A stretch of 64,000 nucleotides of DNA from Myxococcota bacterium (GTDB lineage Bacteria; Myxococcota_A; SURF-8). Each line of letters begins with the position of its first letter. Positions within the stretch are counted from its first letter, which is position 1. A program made the position numbers and the translations under genes. Positions 10,211 to 20,777 of this stretch are shown here, piece after piece. The stretch is taken from positions 192,001 through 256,000 of the forward strand of contig CAXXQS010000002.1 of assembly GCA_963674735.2 (NCBI GenBank). Reading direction: 5' to 3'. The notes under the pieces were generated by a model. It was not told where the DNA came from and searched no databases. It saw only the letters and a list, made by a program, of their open reading frames with translations.

Positions 10211-10825
10211 TTAGGCTTCTTCGATGATTTTATTCTCATAATATCGGATGGCCCGTCGGCCGACGGCCCGAGCGGCCAGCCAGTCGGCGGCAAAGCCGAA
10301 GGGTGCTCCGGCTACCGGGACTCCACGCGCCAGCGACGCCACCGCCCGCTCGCCCAGCCGTTGTATGATCCGATCTCCCAAAACGCGCCAAATCACGGCG
10401 GCCGCCTGCAAAGTCAAGGCCTTGGTGGCCGAGATCCCTGCCTGCCGCAACCAGGCCGACGCCTTGTCTCCCGCCAGAATCATGTAGAGATCGGTCTTCA
10501 AGTCGGTTTGATCGGCGGTGTATCCATATAGATAGGCGATGGTATAGGCCATGGTGGCCTGCAAGCGCAATGAGGCGATATAATCCGCCGGAAGCGTGAG
10601 CGGCATCGTGAACCAGCCGCCGATCCCGGCCGCCGCCCCCACCAGTCCGTTTACAAACGCACGTCGTTTGAGCAGTTTCTCGGCTAAGAATCGCGGAGGC
10701 AGATCGGGATAGCGTTGTTTCAGACGATCGACCGACCGAATAAGCCGCGAGTGATTGGCGCTGGCGGCCCAATCCATCATCGCTTCCAAGGTCCGACGTT
10801 TGATCGTCTGCGGGATACGGCTCAT
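10211..10825 (-). CDS. EcsC family protein
   Basis: GAAAGIGGWFTMPLTLPAD..Q..MAYTIAYLYG and GVPVAGA motifs. Confidence 0.75.
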   Translation of the reverse strand: MSRIPQTIKRRTLEAMMDWAASANHSRLIRSVDRLKQRYPDLPPRFLAEKLLKRRAFVNGLVGAAAGIGGWFTMPLTLPADYIASLRLQATMAYTIAYLYGYTADQTDLKTDLYMILAGDKASAWLRQAGISATKALTLQAAAVIWRVLGDRIIQRLGERAVASLARGVPVAGAPFGFAADWLAARAVGRRAIRYYENKIIEEA

Positions 10826-10948
10826 GGCCTATCTTCTCCATTGTAAAACTGCCTGTTTTCTAAGCATAACGCATTTATGCTGATACGGCCAATCGCGAGT
10901 TCCCGCAGCGGCGGACAGACGCCAACCCCATTCCGGTCGAGCTCGAAC

Positions 10949-10981
10949 AAAAAAAAAGGGCCGGACCCGAAGGTCCGGCCC
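10949..10981 (-). terminator. Intrinsic terminator of the 928-aa lipoprotein gene
   Basis: GGGCCGGACC-UUCG-GGUCCGGCCC hairpin followed by U9 on the minus strand. Confidence 0.9.
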
Positions 10982-11003
10982 GGAAAACCTAAGCGACTTC
11001 GAA

Positions 11004-13790
11004 TTACTTCGTCGAAGCAGTCGGGCAATCGCGCGCCCAGTCGCCGACATCCGCCGCCGTAACACAGTAGTAGTTACAACTATACAGGCCGCAGGCCCAA
11101 CCGCAGGTCGGATTATCGCCTTCACAGGTGAAGGTATGCGTCAAGCCCGCCTGGCAATGCTGCAAGGTGCTGTTGTCAACGCAGCAGTTCTGGCCATCGA
11201 TCTGACCGTTGCACATGTCCTGCGGATCCGCTTCGACGGCAAGGGTGAATTCCTTGTTGGGATAAGCCCCCTCAGGCATCTCGCCGTCCACGATGAGATA
11301 GTAGGTGGTCGTTTCATCGGCGGTAAACTGCAAAGCCTCGAATTCGTCGCCATAATAGCCGTCCGCTCCGTCGAGACAGGTGGCCATATCCTTGCTGAGA
11401 TACATACCGATGTCGAGATCGTCCGAGGTGGATTCGATTTTGAACCGCACGGTCTGGTCAACGGCCAGATCGATTTCGAACATCAAGTCCTGGCCTTCGG
11501 TGTACCAATCGGTGCAGTCACTTCCGAAGTTGTAGTTGGCACAGCTCACGTTATGAGTGCCGCTGTAGGGTAGGTCGGCATAAGCGCCGAGGTCCACATT
11601 GTCAGCACAAACGACGCAGGCACCTTCATCGTCACCGGTGCGGCCCGAGGTGGTGAACGTCAGTTGCTGTCCGGCGGTCACGGTAAACGAATACCAGTCC
11701 GCATCGGCGGCGACGATTTCGCCATTGATCGTTCCGGGAACCGAAACCGTATTCGCATCGCCGAATGCATCGTTCGGTTCGGATTCTTCCAACACCACTT
11801 TGGTCACCACGCCGACCGTCAAGGCATACAAGCCGATGGTCTCGGCATCATAGCCTTCCACCTTGAGGAAGTAGGTTCCGGCCGTCGCGAAGGTATGGTC
11901 GATCTGCGAATAATAGATATAATCACTGAGATCGTCGTTGGCATCCAACTCGGTGGAGCCGTCCGTATCGAATAAGGTGATGTAGGTGTCTTCCACTTCA
12001 GGAGTTCCAGGTACGACTTCGCAGTACATGCTGTTCATGCAGTTATAGGAGTATTCGCAGGCTTCACCTTCATCAGCCGTTCCGACCTCTGTGGTGGCAA
12101 CACAGTACTTGTCGCCCAATTCGTCGACACAGGTATAGTTGGCCGGGCAGGTGCCACGCGTAGCCGGTTCACACATGACGTTGCAGGCATCGTTGAAGCA
12201 GAAGGCATCCTCGCCGCCGCACTGTACATCGTCGGTGCAGGCATCGCCGAAAGCCAGTTCCGCCACACACTCGCCCGGAGCCGTGTAGCCCATGGTTTCG
12301 ATCACCAGAACCTGGTTCGCCGTAACGTCGAATTTGACATAGTCCACGTCGCCCGACGAAAGGAAGCCGATGAACTTGGCCGGGACAGTGACGGTCTCGG
12401 CGCTGGCCGCGTCATTGTTCGATTCGGTTTCCATCATTTCGTTGAAGGTGCCGTCGCCGATGGTCAGCGCATACCAACCGCTACTCGAACCGTAAGCCGA
12501 CACCGCCACATAGTAGGTTCCGGCCGTCGTGAAGGTGTAGCTCAGCATGGAATACAGGCCATCGCCTTCATCGTCGCTCGCACCCAGTTCGGTGGTGCCA
12601 TCGGTGTCGAACAGGCTGAAGAGGGTGTCGCCCACTTCGTCGGTTCCGTCCAGATCGCAGTAAAGATTCGCCGCGCATTCGTACTGCTGGGCACAATCGT
12701 CACCGGAGGTCTGGGTTCCGATCTCGGAGTCGGCGATGCAGTATTCACCGTCGTTGGTTTCCGCACAGCTATAATCGGTGGGGCAGGCCGCCGCACCGTC
12801 TTCGCCGCAGGCAATGTTGCAGGCGTCCATGAAGCAGGCGCCATCGGCGCAGTTCCAATCATAGATGCAGTCGTCGCCGAAGGCACGGTCGACATATTCA
12901 TCCTGAACGCAGATCAGGTCGTCTTCCGCAATCTCGACACAGGTGAGGCCGTCGGGGCAAGAGTCGCCGGCCGCACGGGTGTTGATGGTGCATTCATCGG
13001 AGCAGAAAGCCTGCACGCCCTCTTCAAGACCGACGCAGTAGCGCGCGGCGCAATCGAAGCTGTAATCGCAGTCGTCGCCGACATCGCCCGGTCCCACCGG
13101 TACACAAATATAACCGAGGCTCGCCGAGGTGGCATCGAAGCATTCTCCGCAATCACCGCAGACCGCGGCATCGCTCTCACAATCCTTCGAGCAGAATTTC
13201 ACACCGCCGAATGCCAGGCAGGGTCCGCCGGTGTCGCAGTCTTCGTCGACGTTGCACACTTTGTACAGCTCGATGGAGCCATCGCCCGGATCGGTCGTGT
13301 CGGTCGGGATGCACACATTACCAAGACTACCGCCATCGACACATTCCATGCCGGTGGGGCATGAGGCCCGAGCGTCGAGCGTGCAAGCCTGGCTGCAGAA
13401 GGTCGTCCAGTCGTCATTGGCGGCCAGACACAGGTCGCTGGCGCATTCGTCGTTCAAATTACAGGGATAGTTGGCCGGATTGTCGGCGCTGCGGTGATTG
13501 CAGCCCGGGTCATCATCGCCATCGGTGTCACCGTCGGTATCGCCGTCGGTATCACCGTCGGTATCGCCGTCGGTATCGCCATCGGGATCGTCGCCGTCAG
13601 GGTCATCGCCGTCGGGGTCGTCGCCGTCGGGGTCGTCGCCATCGGGATCGTCGCCGTCAGGGTCATCGCCATCGTCGCCGTCAGTGGGGTCGTCTCCATC
13701 GGGATCGTCAAGCAGATCCTCGGCATCGCTGCAACCCCACGCCATCAACGCGAGCATCACGATAACCAGTAAAAGCCAATACTTTTTCAT
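11004..13790 (-). CDS. Large Cys-rich surface lipoprotein with DGD repeats and pre-peptidase C-terminal (PPC)-like domains
   Basis: Lipobox AWGC; many C-x(n)-C modules; two DT.L.LFD.DG...NDD...GTY / EPN...D.DWY.F units; GAGGAGGA RBS. Confidence 0.8.
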   Translation of the reverse strand: MKKYWLLLVIVMLALMAWGCSDAEDLLDDPDGDDPTDGDDGDDPDGDDPDGDDPDGDDPDGDDPDGDDPDGDTDGDTDGDTDGDTDGDTDGDDDPGCNHRSADNPANYPCNLNDECASDLCLAANDDWTTFCSQACTLDARASCPTGMECVDGGSLGNVCIPTDTTDPGDGSIELYKVCNVDEDCDTGGPCLAFGGVKFCSKDCESDAAVCGDCGECFDATSASLGYICVPVGPGDVGDDCDYSFDCAARYCVGLEEGVQAFCSDECTINTRAAGDSCPDGLTCVEIAEDDLICVQDEYVDRAFGDDCIYDWNCADGACFMDACNIACGEDGAAACPTDYSCAETNDGEYCIADSEIGTQTSGDDCAQQYECAANLYCDLDGTDEVGDTLFSLFDTDGTTELGASDDEGDGLYSMLSYTFTTAGTYYVAVSAYGSSSGWYALTIGDGTFNEMMETESNNDAASAETVTVPAKFIGFLSSGDVDYVKFDVTANQVLVIETMGYTAPGECVAELAFGDACTDDVQCGGEDAFCFNDACNVMCEPATRGTCPANYTCVDELGDKYCVATTEVGTADEGEACEYSYNCMNSMYCEVVPGTPEVEDTYITLFDTDGSTELDANDDLSDYIYYSQIDHTFATAGTYFLKVEGYDAETIGLYALTVGVVTKVVLEESEPNDAFGDANTVSVPGTINGEIVAADADWYSFTVTAGQQLTFTTSGRTGDDEGACVVCADNVDLGAYADLPYSGTHNVSCANYNFGSDCTDWYTEGQDLMFEIDLAVDQTVRFKIESTSDDLDIGMYLSKDMATCLDGADGYYGDEFEALQFTADETTTYYLIVDGEMPEGAYPNKEFTLAVEADPQDMCNGQIDGQNCCVDNSTLQHCQAGLTHTFTCEGDNPTCGWACGLYSCNYYCVTAADVGDWARDCPTASTK
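13509..13710 (-). repeat. Coding tandem repeats (DDPDG 15-bp units, TDGD 12-bp units)
   Basis: Directly visible repeats of tcgccgtcgg variants. Confidence 0.9.
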
Positions 13791-13836
13791 GAGCTTCCTC
13801 CTCTAATATGGTTCATGTCTATAAATCTTACCTAAC

Positions 13837-13865
13837 AGAGTAAACGGCCAAGCCGTCCGTTGCAA
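13837..13865 (-). promoter_or_regulatory. Putative sigma70-type promoter of the 928-aa lipoprotein gene
   Basis: TTGCAA-N17-TACTCT on the minus strand. Confidence 0.5.
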
Positions 13866-13979
13866 GCATAATTAATAGTTTCTTTTTATATTTATTCACC
13901 ACGTGAGGTACCGTCCCTCATCCGATCGTTTCACCCATTACCTCGATTTTGGCAGATCCCGTCATATAAAAGATCGCCC

Positions 13980-14555
13980 TCATGGATACACGCCCTCCAA
14001 ACGCCCGGAAGCCAGAGCCGTACTCATGAGTTGTTGCGTCACCCGATCCCCGCGTCGGCCTTCCAGATCCGCCGCCGTCACCGCTTCCGGCATGGCGAAA
14101 AGCTGAACCCGGTAGGTATGCGAGCCGCTGGGCGGACAAGGCGCGCCATAACCGCTGCGTCCGAAGGTATTCTCCAATTCCTCGGCCCCCGCCGGCATGG
14201 CCGTCCCACTGGCTCCCTCAGCCAGCGAAGAGAGGTCGGGGGACAAACCGACCACCAGCCAGTGCACCCAGTATTCGGCCACCGGATCCGGGTCGTCCAT
14301 CAGCAGAACAAGCTCGCGTGTGCCCTCGGGTATGCCCGACCAGTTGAGCGGAATCGAGGGTTTGTCGATGCCGCCGTCCGGCTGGCAGCCGTACTCGGCG
14401 GGAATCGCCTCCCCGTTTTCGAAGGAAGAAGAGACAATCGTCAGATCGTCGGCCGAAGAGGTATCGCCATCTCCAGTCTCAGCGTCTTCCGAGCGGCAGG
14501 CAAACGTCCCTGATAGAAAAAGTATCAACAACGCAACAACCGGTCGTATCCGCAT
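13980..14555 (-). CDS. YbhB/YbcL (PEBP, Raf kinase inhibitor-like) family lipoprotein
   Basis: MDDPD..WVHW, N.FG..GY..PCPPSGSH.Y motifs; lipobox TFAC. Confidence 0.9.
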   Translation of the reverse strand: MRIRPVVALLILFLSGTFACRSEDAETGDGDTSSADDLTIVSSSFENGEAIPAEYGCQPDGGIDKPSIPLNWSGIPEGTRELVLLMDDPDPVAEYWVHWLVVGLSPDLSSLAEGASGTAMPAGAEELENTFGRSGYGAPCPPSGSHTYRVQLFAMPEAVTAADLEGRRGDRVTQQLMSTALASGRLEGVYP

Positions 14556-14877
14556 CAGCGCCTCCCGACCCGATCAACATGATAAAGAGTGACTACGAGA
14601 GTAGCGTGCTTCCTTTCACTTGGCAAGCACCATTTTTGTTCCAACATGTAGATCTCACTGATAACAATTAGTTATAAATTATTCCCTGATCTACCAAAGG
14701 GAGTGCTGAAGCCTAAAACAGTAAAAAAATTAAGGGAATGTCCTCTCCGCCCGATCTATCCTTTATAGGTCCTGCAAGGCCGATTTGCGTTCCGGCTTGC
14801 TTTATGCTTGACCTGCAGACGATTGGTGGTAGGATGCACATCCGATTTTAGGACTGCCGAACTGGGAGTATTAACAC

Positions 14878-16035
14878 ATGGCAGAGGGGAAAACGTGGTT
14901 CGTCAAAGATATCCGGCCGGACGATCAGTTTGTGTCGGTCTTTCTGTGTCAGACCAAGAATAATTTCACCGGGAAAACCGGCCAACCTTACCTGTCCTTG
15001 AGCCTGGTCGACAAAACCGGGGCCGTCGACGGCAAGGTCTGGGATAACGCCGCCGCCCAGAGCGAGCGCTTCAATGAAGGCGATTACGTCAAGGTGAAGG
15101 CCACCGCGACCACCTTCAACAGCCGCCTGCAGCTGCGTGTCGGGGCTATTACGGCGGTTCCGGAAGACACCGTCGATCCGAGCGATTTCTTCCCGACCAG
15201 CCAGTTCGATATCGACGACATGATGGCCGAGTTGCGCGCCATCGTCGACGATCTGGAAAACGCCGACATCAAACGCCTGCTGGTGGCCTTTCTCGACGAT
15301 CCCGAGTTCGCGCAGCGCTTCCGCTTAGCCCCGGCCGCGCGCAGCATCCACCACAACTTCCTCGGCGGTCTGCTCGAACATACCCTGTCGCTGGCCAAGC
15401 TGGGGGTGTTGCTCAGTGGCCACTACCCGCAGGTCGATCGCTCCATGCTGATCGCGGGAGTCATGCTGCACGATATCGGCAAAACCCGGGAATTGAGCTA
15501 CGACCGATCCGCCGGTTATACCGACGAAGGCCGCCTGGTCGGCCACATCACCTTGGGCGTCGAGATGCTCAACGCCAAAATCGCCGAGTTGGGCGATTTT
15601 CCGGCCGAGCTCAAGATGCTTATCACACACATGATCTTGTCTCACCACGGAGTTTTGGAGTACGGTTCGCCGAAGCGTCCCAAAATCGTGGAAGCCATGG
15701 TTCTTTCGATGATGGACGACCTGGATGCACGCGTTTTCAGCTTCCAGACCATCCTCGAACAGGAAACCCAGAACACGCGCTGGTCGAGCTTTCAACGCAT
15801 CTATGACCGTTTCCTGTATCGCTGGCAAGGCGCCGACGATCTGACGGCCACAGAGAAAGCGGAACCGCAGGGACAGGCAGCGGTCGTTCCCGATCACCGT
15901 CCGACCGAAAAGCCGCGTTCAACCGAGGGTTTCTCCAATCAGATCCACTTGTCCAATGAAAACAGCGGCCAGAACCAATCAAAGAAGACCGAAACGGCAA
16001 ACCTGGATTTGCCGTTAGGCAAAGGACGCCGCTGA
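14878..16035 (+). CDS. yhaM: 3'-5' exoribonuclease YhaM family (OB-fold + HD domain)
   Basis: PAARSIHHNFLGGLLEH, LHDIGK, ILSHHG..EYGSP.RP, DDLDA. Confidence 0.85.
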   Translation: MAEGKTWFVKDIRPDDQFVSVFLCQTKNNFTGKTGQPYLSLSLVDKTGAVDGKVWDNAAAQSERFNEGDYVKVKATATTFNSRLQLRVGAITAVPEDTVDPSDFFPTSQFDIDDMMAELRAIVDDLENADIKRLLVAFLDDPEFAQRFRLAPAARSIHHNFLGGLLEHTLSLAKLGVLLSGHYPQVDRSMLIAGVMLHDIGKTRELSYDRSAGYTDEGRLVGHITLGVEMLNAKIAELGDFPAELKMLITHMILSHHGVLEYGSPKRPKIVEAMVLSMMDDLDARVFSFQTILEQETQNTRWSSFQRIYDRFLYRWQGADDLTATEKAEPQGQAAVVPDHRPTEKPRSTEGFSNQIHLSNENSGQNQSKKTETANLDLPLGKGRR

Positions 16036-16126
16036 GCTTCGACGTATGTGAAAAATTTGTGGGGGATTGTGAATCGGGTTCGAATCAATAATGGATCGTT
16101 TTGTTAATCACGTAAGGAGAGATACC

Positions 16127-17146
16127 ATGAAGATCGCTATTAACGGTTTTGGTCGCATCGGCCGCGTCATCTTCCGCCAGGCTCTGAGCCGCAACGACGT
16201 GGAAATCATCGGCATCAACGACCTGACGCCGGTTCCCACCAGCGTGCACCTGCTCAAATACGACTCCGTGCACGGCAAGCTCAACGCCACCGTGGAAGAG
16301 TCTGAAAAGGGCATCAAGGTCAACGGCAAAGAGATCCCCATTTACTCCACCACCAACGTGGACGAAGTGGCGGGTCACTTCAAAGACGCCGATCTGGTGC
16401 TCGAATGCACCGGTAAAATCGTCGGCAAAGAAAACCTGCAGAAGTTCATCACCGCCGGCGTCAAATACGTCATCGTGTCGCGTCCGGCGAAAAGCGCCGA
16501 CGAAGTGGACGGCACCTTCGTGTTGGGCGTCAACCACAAGACGCTGAACACCGAAACGCAGAAGATCGTCTCCAACGCGTCCTGCACCACCAACTGCCTG
16601 GCGCCCGTCGCCGCCACCCTGCACAATAAATTCGGCATCGTGGAAGGCTTGATGACCACCATCCATTCCTACACCAACGATCAGAACACCCTCGATCAGG
16701 GTCACAAAGACCTGCGTCGCGCCCGCGCCGCCGCCCTGTCGATGATCCCCACCACCACCGGCGCCGCCCGTGCGGTGGGACTGGTCATTCCCGATCTCAA
16801 TGGTAAATTGGACGGCTTCGCCATCCGCGTTCCCACCCCGAACGTCTCCATCGTCGATCTGACCGCCACCCTGAAAACGGCCGTCACCGCCGAGCAGATC
16901 AACGCCGAGCTTAAAAAAGCCGCCGAAGGCGACCTGAAGGGCTTCTTGGCTTATACCGAAGAACCGCTGGTCTCCAACGATTTCAACGGCACCGAAGTCA
17001 GCTCCACCGTCGACGCGTCGCTCACCAAGGTGCTGGGCAAAGAAGGAACGCTGGTCAAGGTTATCGCCTGGTACGACAACGAGACCGGCTACTCCACGCG
17101 CATGCTCGACCTGGCGCGTTACATGATGACCGGCAGCTACAAGTAA
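16127..17146 (+). CDS. gap: Type I glyceraldehyde-3-phosphate dehydrogenase
   Basis: INGFGRIGR, SNASCTTNCLAP, WYDNE; AAGGAGAG RBS before ATG 16127. Confidence 0.98.
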   Translation: MKIAINGFGRIGRVIFRQALSRNDVEIIGINDLTPVPTSVHLLKYDSVHGKLNATVEESEKGIKVNGKEIPIYSTTNVDEVAGHFKDADLVLECTGKIVGKENLQKFITAGVKYVIVSRPAKSADEVDGTFVLGVNHKTLNTETQKIVSNASCTTNCLAPVAATLHNKFGIVEGLMTTIHSYTNDQNTLDQGHKDLRRARAAALSMIPTTTGAARAVGLVIPDLNGKLDGFAIRVPTPNVSIVDLTATLKTAVTAEQINAELKKAAEGDLKGFLAYTEEPLVSNDFNGTEVSSTVDASLTKVLGKEGTLVKVIAWYDNETGYSTRMLDLARYMMTGSYK

Positions 17147-17161
17147 GGCAAGGAGGTCGTC

Positions 17162-18343
17162 ATGACCATCAAACATATCGAAGATCTCAACGTTGAGGAA
17201 CAACGCGTCTTCATGCGCGTCGACTTCAACTGCCCGCTCAAAGAGGGCAAGGTCGCCGACGACACCCGTATCCGCGCCGCCCTGCCCTCGATTCAGTATC
17301 TGCTGAGCAAGGGTGCACGGCTGATTCTGGCTTCCCATCTGGGTCGCCCCAAGGGCCAGGTCGTGAAAGAAATGTCTCTCGAACCGGTGGCCGTGCGTCT
17401 GTCCGAGTTGCTCAACCAGGACATCATCATCACCGATGACTGCATCGGCGACGGCGCGAAAAAAGTGGTGACCGATCTGCGCGCCGGTCAGGTGGCGCTT
17501 TTGGAAAACCTGCGTTTCCACAAAGAGGAAACCGACAACGACGAAAACTTCGCCCGCAAGCTGGCCGCGCTGGCGGATGCTTACGTCAACGATGCCTTCG
17601 GCACGGCGCACCGCGCCCACGCCTCGACGGCGGGCATCACCAAATTCGTCCAGGAACGCGCCGCCGGTTACCTGATGTTCAAGGAGTTGGAGAATCTGGG
17701 CAAAGTGCTCAAAGACCCCGAGAAACCGTTCGTCGCCATTTTGGGAGGCGCGAAAGTGTCCGACAAGATGGGCGTGATCGAAAACCTGCTCGACCGGGTC
17801 GATACGCTGCTGATCGGCGGCGGTATGGCCTATACCTTCCTGTTGGCCCAGGGCTTGCCGGTGGGCGATTCGCTGATCGAAAAAGATCGCCTCGAATTCG
17901 CCGTCAAGATCCTGAAGGGCGCGAAGGCGCGCAACGTTCAGCTGCTGCTGCCGGTGGATCACGTGATCGCCGCCGAGGTCAGCCCGGACGCCAAGGCCAA
18001 GACCGTCCGTATGGAAGACGTCCCGGCCGGGATGAAGTGCCTGGATATCGGCCCGCAGACCCGCGCCGCCTTCGAGGCGGAGGTGGCCGAGGCGAAGACC
18101 ATCTTCTGGAACGGGCCCATGGGCGTGTTCGAGATGGAACCTTTCTCTGCCGGAACGCTGGGCCTGGCCAAGGCCGTGGCCGCGTCCGACGCGGTGTCCG
18201 TCATCGGCGGCGGCGACTCGGTGGCGGCCGTCAACAAGGCGGGGGTGGCGGACAAGATTTCGCACATCTCCACCGGCGGCGGCGCATCGATGGAATTCAT
18301 GGAAGGCAAAATCCTGCCCGGCATCGCCGCGCTGGATAGTTAG
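17162..18343 (+). CDS. pgk: Phosphoglycerate kinase
   Basis: [42 protein letters not shown]. Confidence 0.98.
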   Translation: MTIKHIEDLNVEEQRVFMRVDFNCPLKEGKVADDTRIRAALPSIQYLLSKGARLILASHLGRPKGQVVKEMSLEPVAVRLSELLNQDIIITDDCIGDGAKKVVTDLRAGQVALLENLRFHKEETDNDENFARKLAALADAYVNDAFGTAHRAHASTAGITKFVQERAAGYLMFKELENLGKVLKDPEKPFVAILGGAKVSDKMGVIENLLDRVDTLLIGGGMAYTFLLAQGLPVGDSLIEKDRLEFAVKILKGAKARNVQLLLPVDHVIAAEVSPDAKAKTVRMEDVPAGMKCLDIGPQTRAAFEAEVAEAKTIFWNGPMGVFEMEPFSAGTLGLAKAVAASDAVSVIGGGDSVAAVNKAGVADKISHISTGGGASMEFMEGKILPGIAALDS

Positions 18344-18357
18344 GAAGCGAGGAAACC

Positions 18358-19116
18358 ATGCGAATCCCGATTATGGCCGGGAACTGGAAAATGTACAAAA
18401 CCCCCGACGAAGCAGCCGCTTTGGCCGCCGAGTTGAAGCCGCTGGTGAAAGACGCCCAGGGCGTCGAGATCCTGCTGTGCCCCTCGGCGCTGGCGATTGC
18501 GGCGGTGGGTCAAACCCTAAACGGCAGCAACATCCTGCTGGGGGGGCAGAACTGCTACCCCGTGGCGGAAGGCGCTTACACCGGCGAGAATTCTCCCGCC
18601 ATGCTGAAGGCGGCCGGTTGCAGCCACGTCATCCTCGGGCATTCCGAGCGACGACAGTACTTTAATGAAAGTGACGCCTTCATCAACGAGAAGACGAAGG
18701 CCGCGTTGGAATTCGGGTTGGTGCCCATCGTGTGCGTGGGCGAGAGCCTGGAGCAGCGCGAGAGCGATCAGACCTTCGACGTGGTGGGCGGTCAGGTGGA
18801 AAAAGCGCTGGCCGGTTTCACTCCCGCGCAGGTGGCCGGAATGATTCTGGCCTATGAGCCCATCTGGGCCATCGGCACCGGCAAAACCGCCTCGCCCGAA
18901 CAAGCCCAGGACGTTCACGCCTTCATTCGCGGCAAGCTGGCCGAGCTGTTCGACAAAGCCACCGCCGACGCCGTGCGCATCCAGTACGGCGGTTCGGTGA
19001 AGCCGGGCAACGTGGACGAACTGATGGCCAAACCCGACATCGACGGCGCGCTGGTTGGCGGAGCTTCGCTCAAAGCCGACAGCTTCGCACGCATCGTCAA
19101 CTTCGTCAAAGCCTGA
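18358..19116 (+). CDS. tpiA: Triosephosphate isomerase
   Basis: AGNWKM, GHSERR, AYEPIWAIGTG, YGGSV, LVGGASL. Confidence 0.98.
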   Translation: MRIPIMAGNWKMYKTPDEAAALAAELKPLVKDAQGVEILLCPSALAIAAVGQTLNGSNILLGGQNCYPVAEGAYTGENSPAMLKAAGCSHVILGHSERRQYFNESDAFINEKTKAALEFGLVPIVCVGESLEQRESDQTFDVVGGQVEKALAGFTPAQVAGMILAYEPIWAIGTGKTASPEQAQDVHAFIRGKLAELFDKATADAVRIQYGGSVKPGNVDELMAKPDIDGALVGGASLKADSFARIVNFVKA

Positions 19117-19140
19117 TTCTCAGGTAATTCGCAGACTTGC

Positions 19141-19175
19141 ACCGTCCGTCGCGCATGCGGCGGGCGGTTTTTTTT
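19141..19175 (+). terminator. Intrinsic terminator of gap-pgk-tpiA
   Basis: ACCGUCCGUCGC-GCAU-GCGGCGGGCGGU hairpin followed by a U-run. Confidence 0.8.
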
Positions 19176-19539
19176 GCTCGGGGGGAGGGAATCAGGGCGC
19201 GTTTCCGACGGGCTCAGAGGCCGAGACCACCGAAGTTTGTTCTTTCGTTCGGGGCCAAAGTTGACCTGCGTCTCTGCGTGCTGATGCGCACCGGTTCATT
19301 GACCCAATATCCGCTCATTTCGAGTAGCCGTTTTCAAAACGGCGTATCGAGGAACTCTACTCTACGATCTTGCGTCCAAGCTGGAGTGGATCTCCGCGAC
19401 GCAGCACTGCAACCGTCTCCGTGTTGGAGTGCGTCTCCCGACGGGCTCCAGGCTCTAAAGAAGTACCGTGTTGGTATACCTGAAGATGGGCAACAAGTTG
19501 CCCATCCTATTTCGCACGAAATTCTGCGTGATCGCCCTT

Positions 19540-19730
19540 CTTTTACCCCGTGTTCGCCGACGGGTCCGGGCGGCGGAGATGGCGCGAGGACTGTCCGAGC
19601 CGGACGGCGTCCGGCGAGTTCCGCAGCGCCCGCCGATCGGACGCGGGGACGTTGGAAAACGGCCGAGGCGAACCCCCGGGCGTCCTTTCTTTCGGTTCCC
19701 TTTCTTTGGACGCGCAAAGAAAGGGGACAA
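19540..19730 (+). repeat. Structured intergenic element (MITE-like repeat or RNA motif)
   Basis: GACTGTCCGAGC..GCGAGTTCCGCAGC block followed by a CCCTTTCTTTG/CAAAGAAAGGG hairpin; no credible CDS in this gap. Confidence 0.5.
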
Positions 19731-19964
19731 AAAAGCCAAACATGTGGAGCACGATACAATCCGACTCCATCAGAGGGCTTGTTGGCATTGCTTATCGCGC
19801 ATTCCCAAGTGAGGCTTTCGCCTGCTCATCTTTTTGGGATGTAAATCGGCGCGACGCGCATCTGTTAAAGTGATAAACTGGTTGACGACGTCATCGTCCG
19901 CCACACGTATTTCGGCTGTCGTTTTCGAGGGAACAACCACAAGTCAACCGGCGAGGATGCCTCC

Positions 19965-20777
19965 ATGAGTTACAAAGTACTCGATCTCTTTCAGGATCTG
20001 CCGCAAACCAACTGCAAGGACTGCGGCGCGCCGGGTTGTTTCGCCTTCGCGACGGCGGTCTATCTGAAGCAACGCACACTTGCCGATTGCCCCCATCTGG
20101 AGGCGTCGCGCATAGCCGAACTGGAGCGCCAACTGCTGGAAGGCGGCGAGCAGCTGCCGCGTAAAAATCACGAGCAGGCCATGGTGGCGTTGCTCGAAAC
20201 CTTGAACGAATGCGACTGGCCGCAGGTGGCCGAGCGTAGCGGCGCGGCGTTTGTGGCCGGTTCGCCCGACACCTTGAAACTCGACTTTCTGACTGGGTCT
20301 TTCGCCATCGATGCCGACGGCGTGACGGTCACGGCCGGTCCCGATCCGACGGTGTGGGTGAAGATTTTCCTGCTGATTTACCTCACCCGCAGCCAGGGTC
20401 AGTCGCCGCAAAACCAATGGGTGGCTTTCCGCGAACTTCCAAATACCGTCAGCAAAGTGGGCGCTTTCGACGCCGCGCTGGAGAAGATCGCCGTTCATTT
20501 CAGCGGCTCGCCGACCGCTTTGGCCGAAACCGCGCAAGCCCTCGGCGGCGAGATTTTGTCTCCGCAAACCGCCGATGTGGAAATTCTGTTCCGCCCCCTG
20601 CCGCGCGTTCCGCTCAAGCTTTTGTTCTGGGACGGCGACGAGGATTTCCCGGCGCGTGTTTCGGCGCTTCTCGACAAAGGCGTGCTCGATCACCTCGACC
20701 AGGAGGCGAGCGTCTTTCTCGTCGAAACCTTCGCAGCCATTTTGTGCGGCGACAACCCCGATGATGTTATTCCTTGA
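19965..20777 (+). CDS. DUF3786 domain protein with an N-terminal putative 4Fe-4S (PF04060-like) domain
   Basis: LPQTNCKDCG..GCFAFA...CPHL; C-terminal PLPRVPL.LLFWDGDEDFPA..S.L.D. Confidence 0.85.
   Translation: MSYKVLDLFQDLPQTNCKDCGAPGCFAFATAVYLKQRTLADCPHLEASRIAELERQLLEGGEQLPRKNHEQAMVALLETLNECDWPQVAERSGAAFVAGSPDTLKLDFLTGSFAIDADGVTVTAGPDPTVWVKIFLLIYLTRSQGQSPQNQWVAFRELPNTVSKVGAFDAALEKIAVHFSGSPTALAETAQALGGEILSPQTADVEILFRPLPRVPLKLLFWDGDEDFPARVSALLDKGVLDHLDQEASVFLVETFAAILCGDNPDDVIP

Noticed and set aside
16085-18265. 726-aa minus-strand ORF
   Set aside because: Antisense shadow of gap/pgk caused by GC-biased codon usage; no motifs
19137-19873. Several overlapping ORFs between tpiA and the DUF3786 gene
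   Set aside because: Low-information translations across a terminator and a structured repeat; no RBS or motif support
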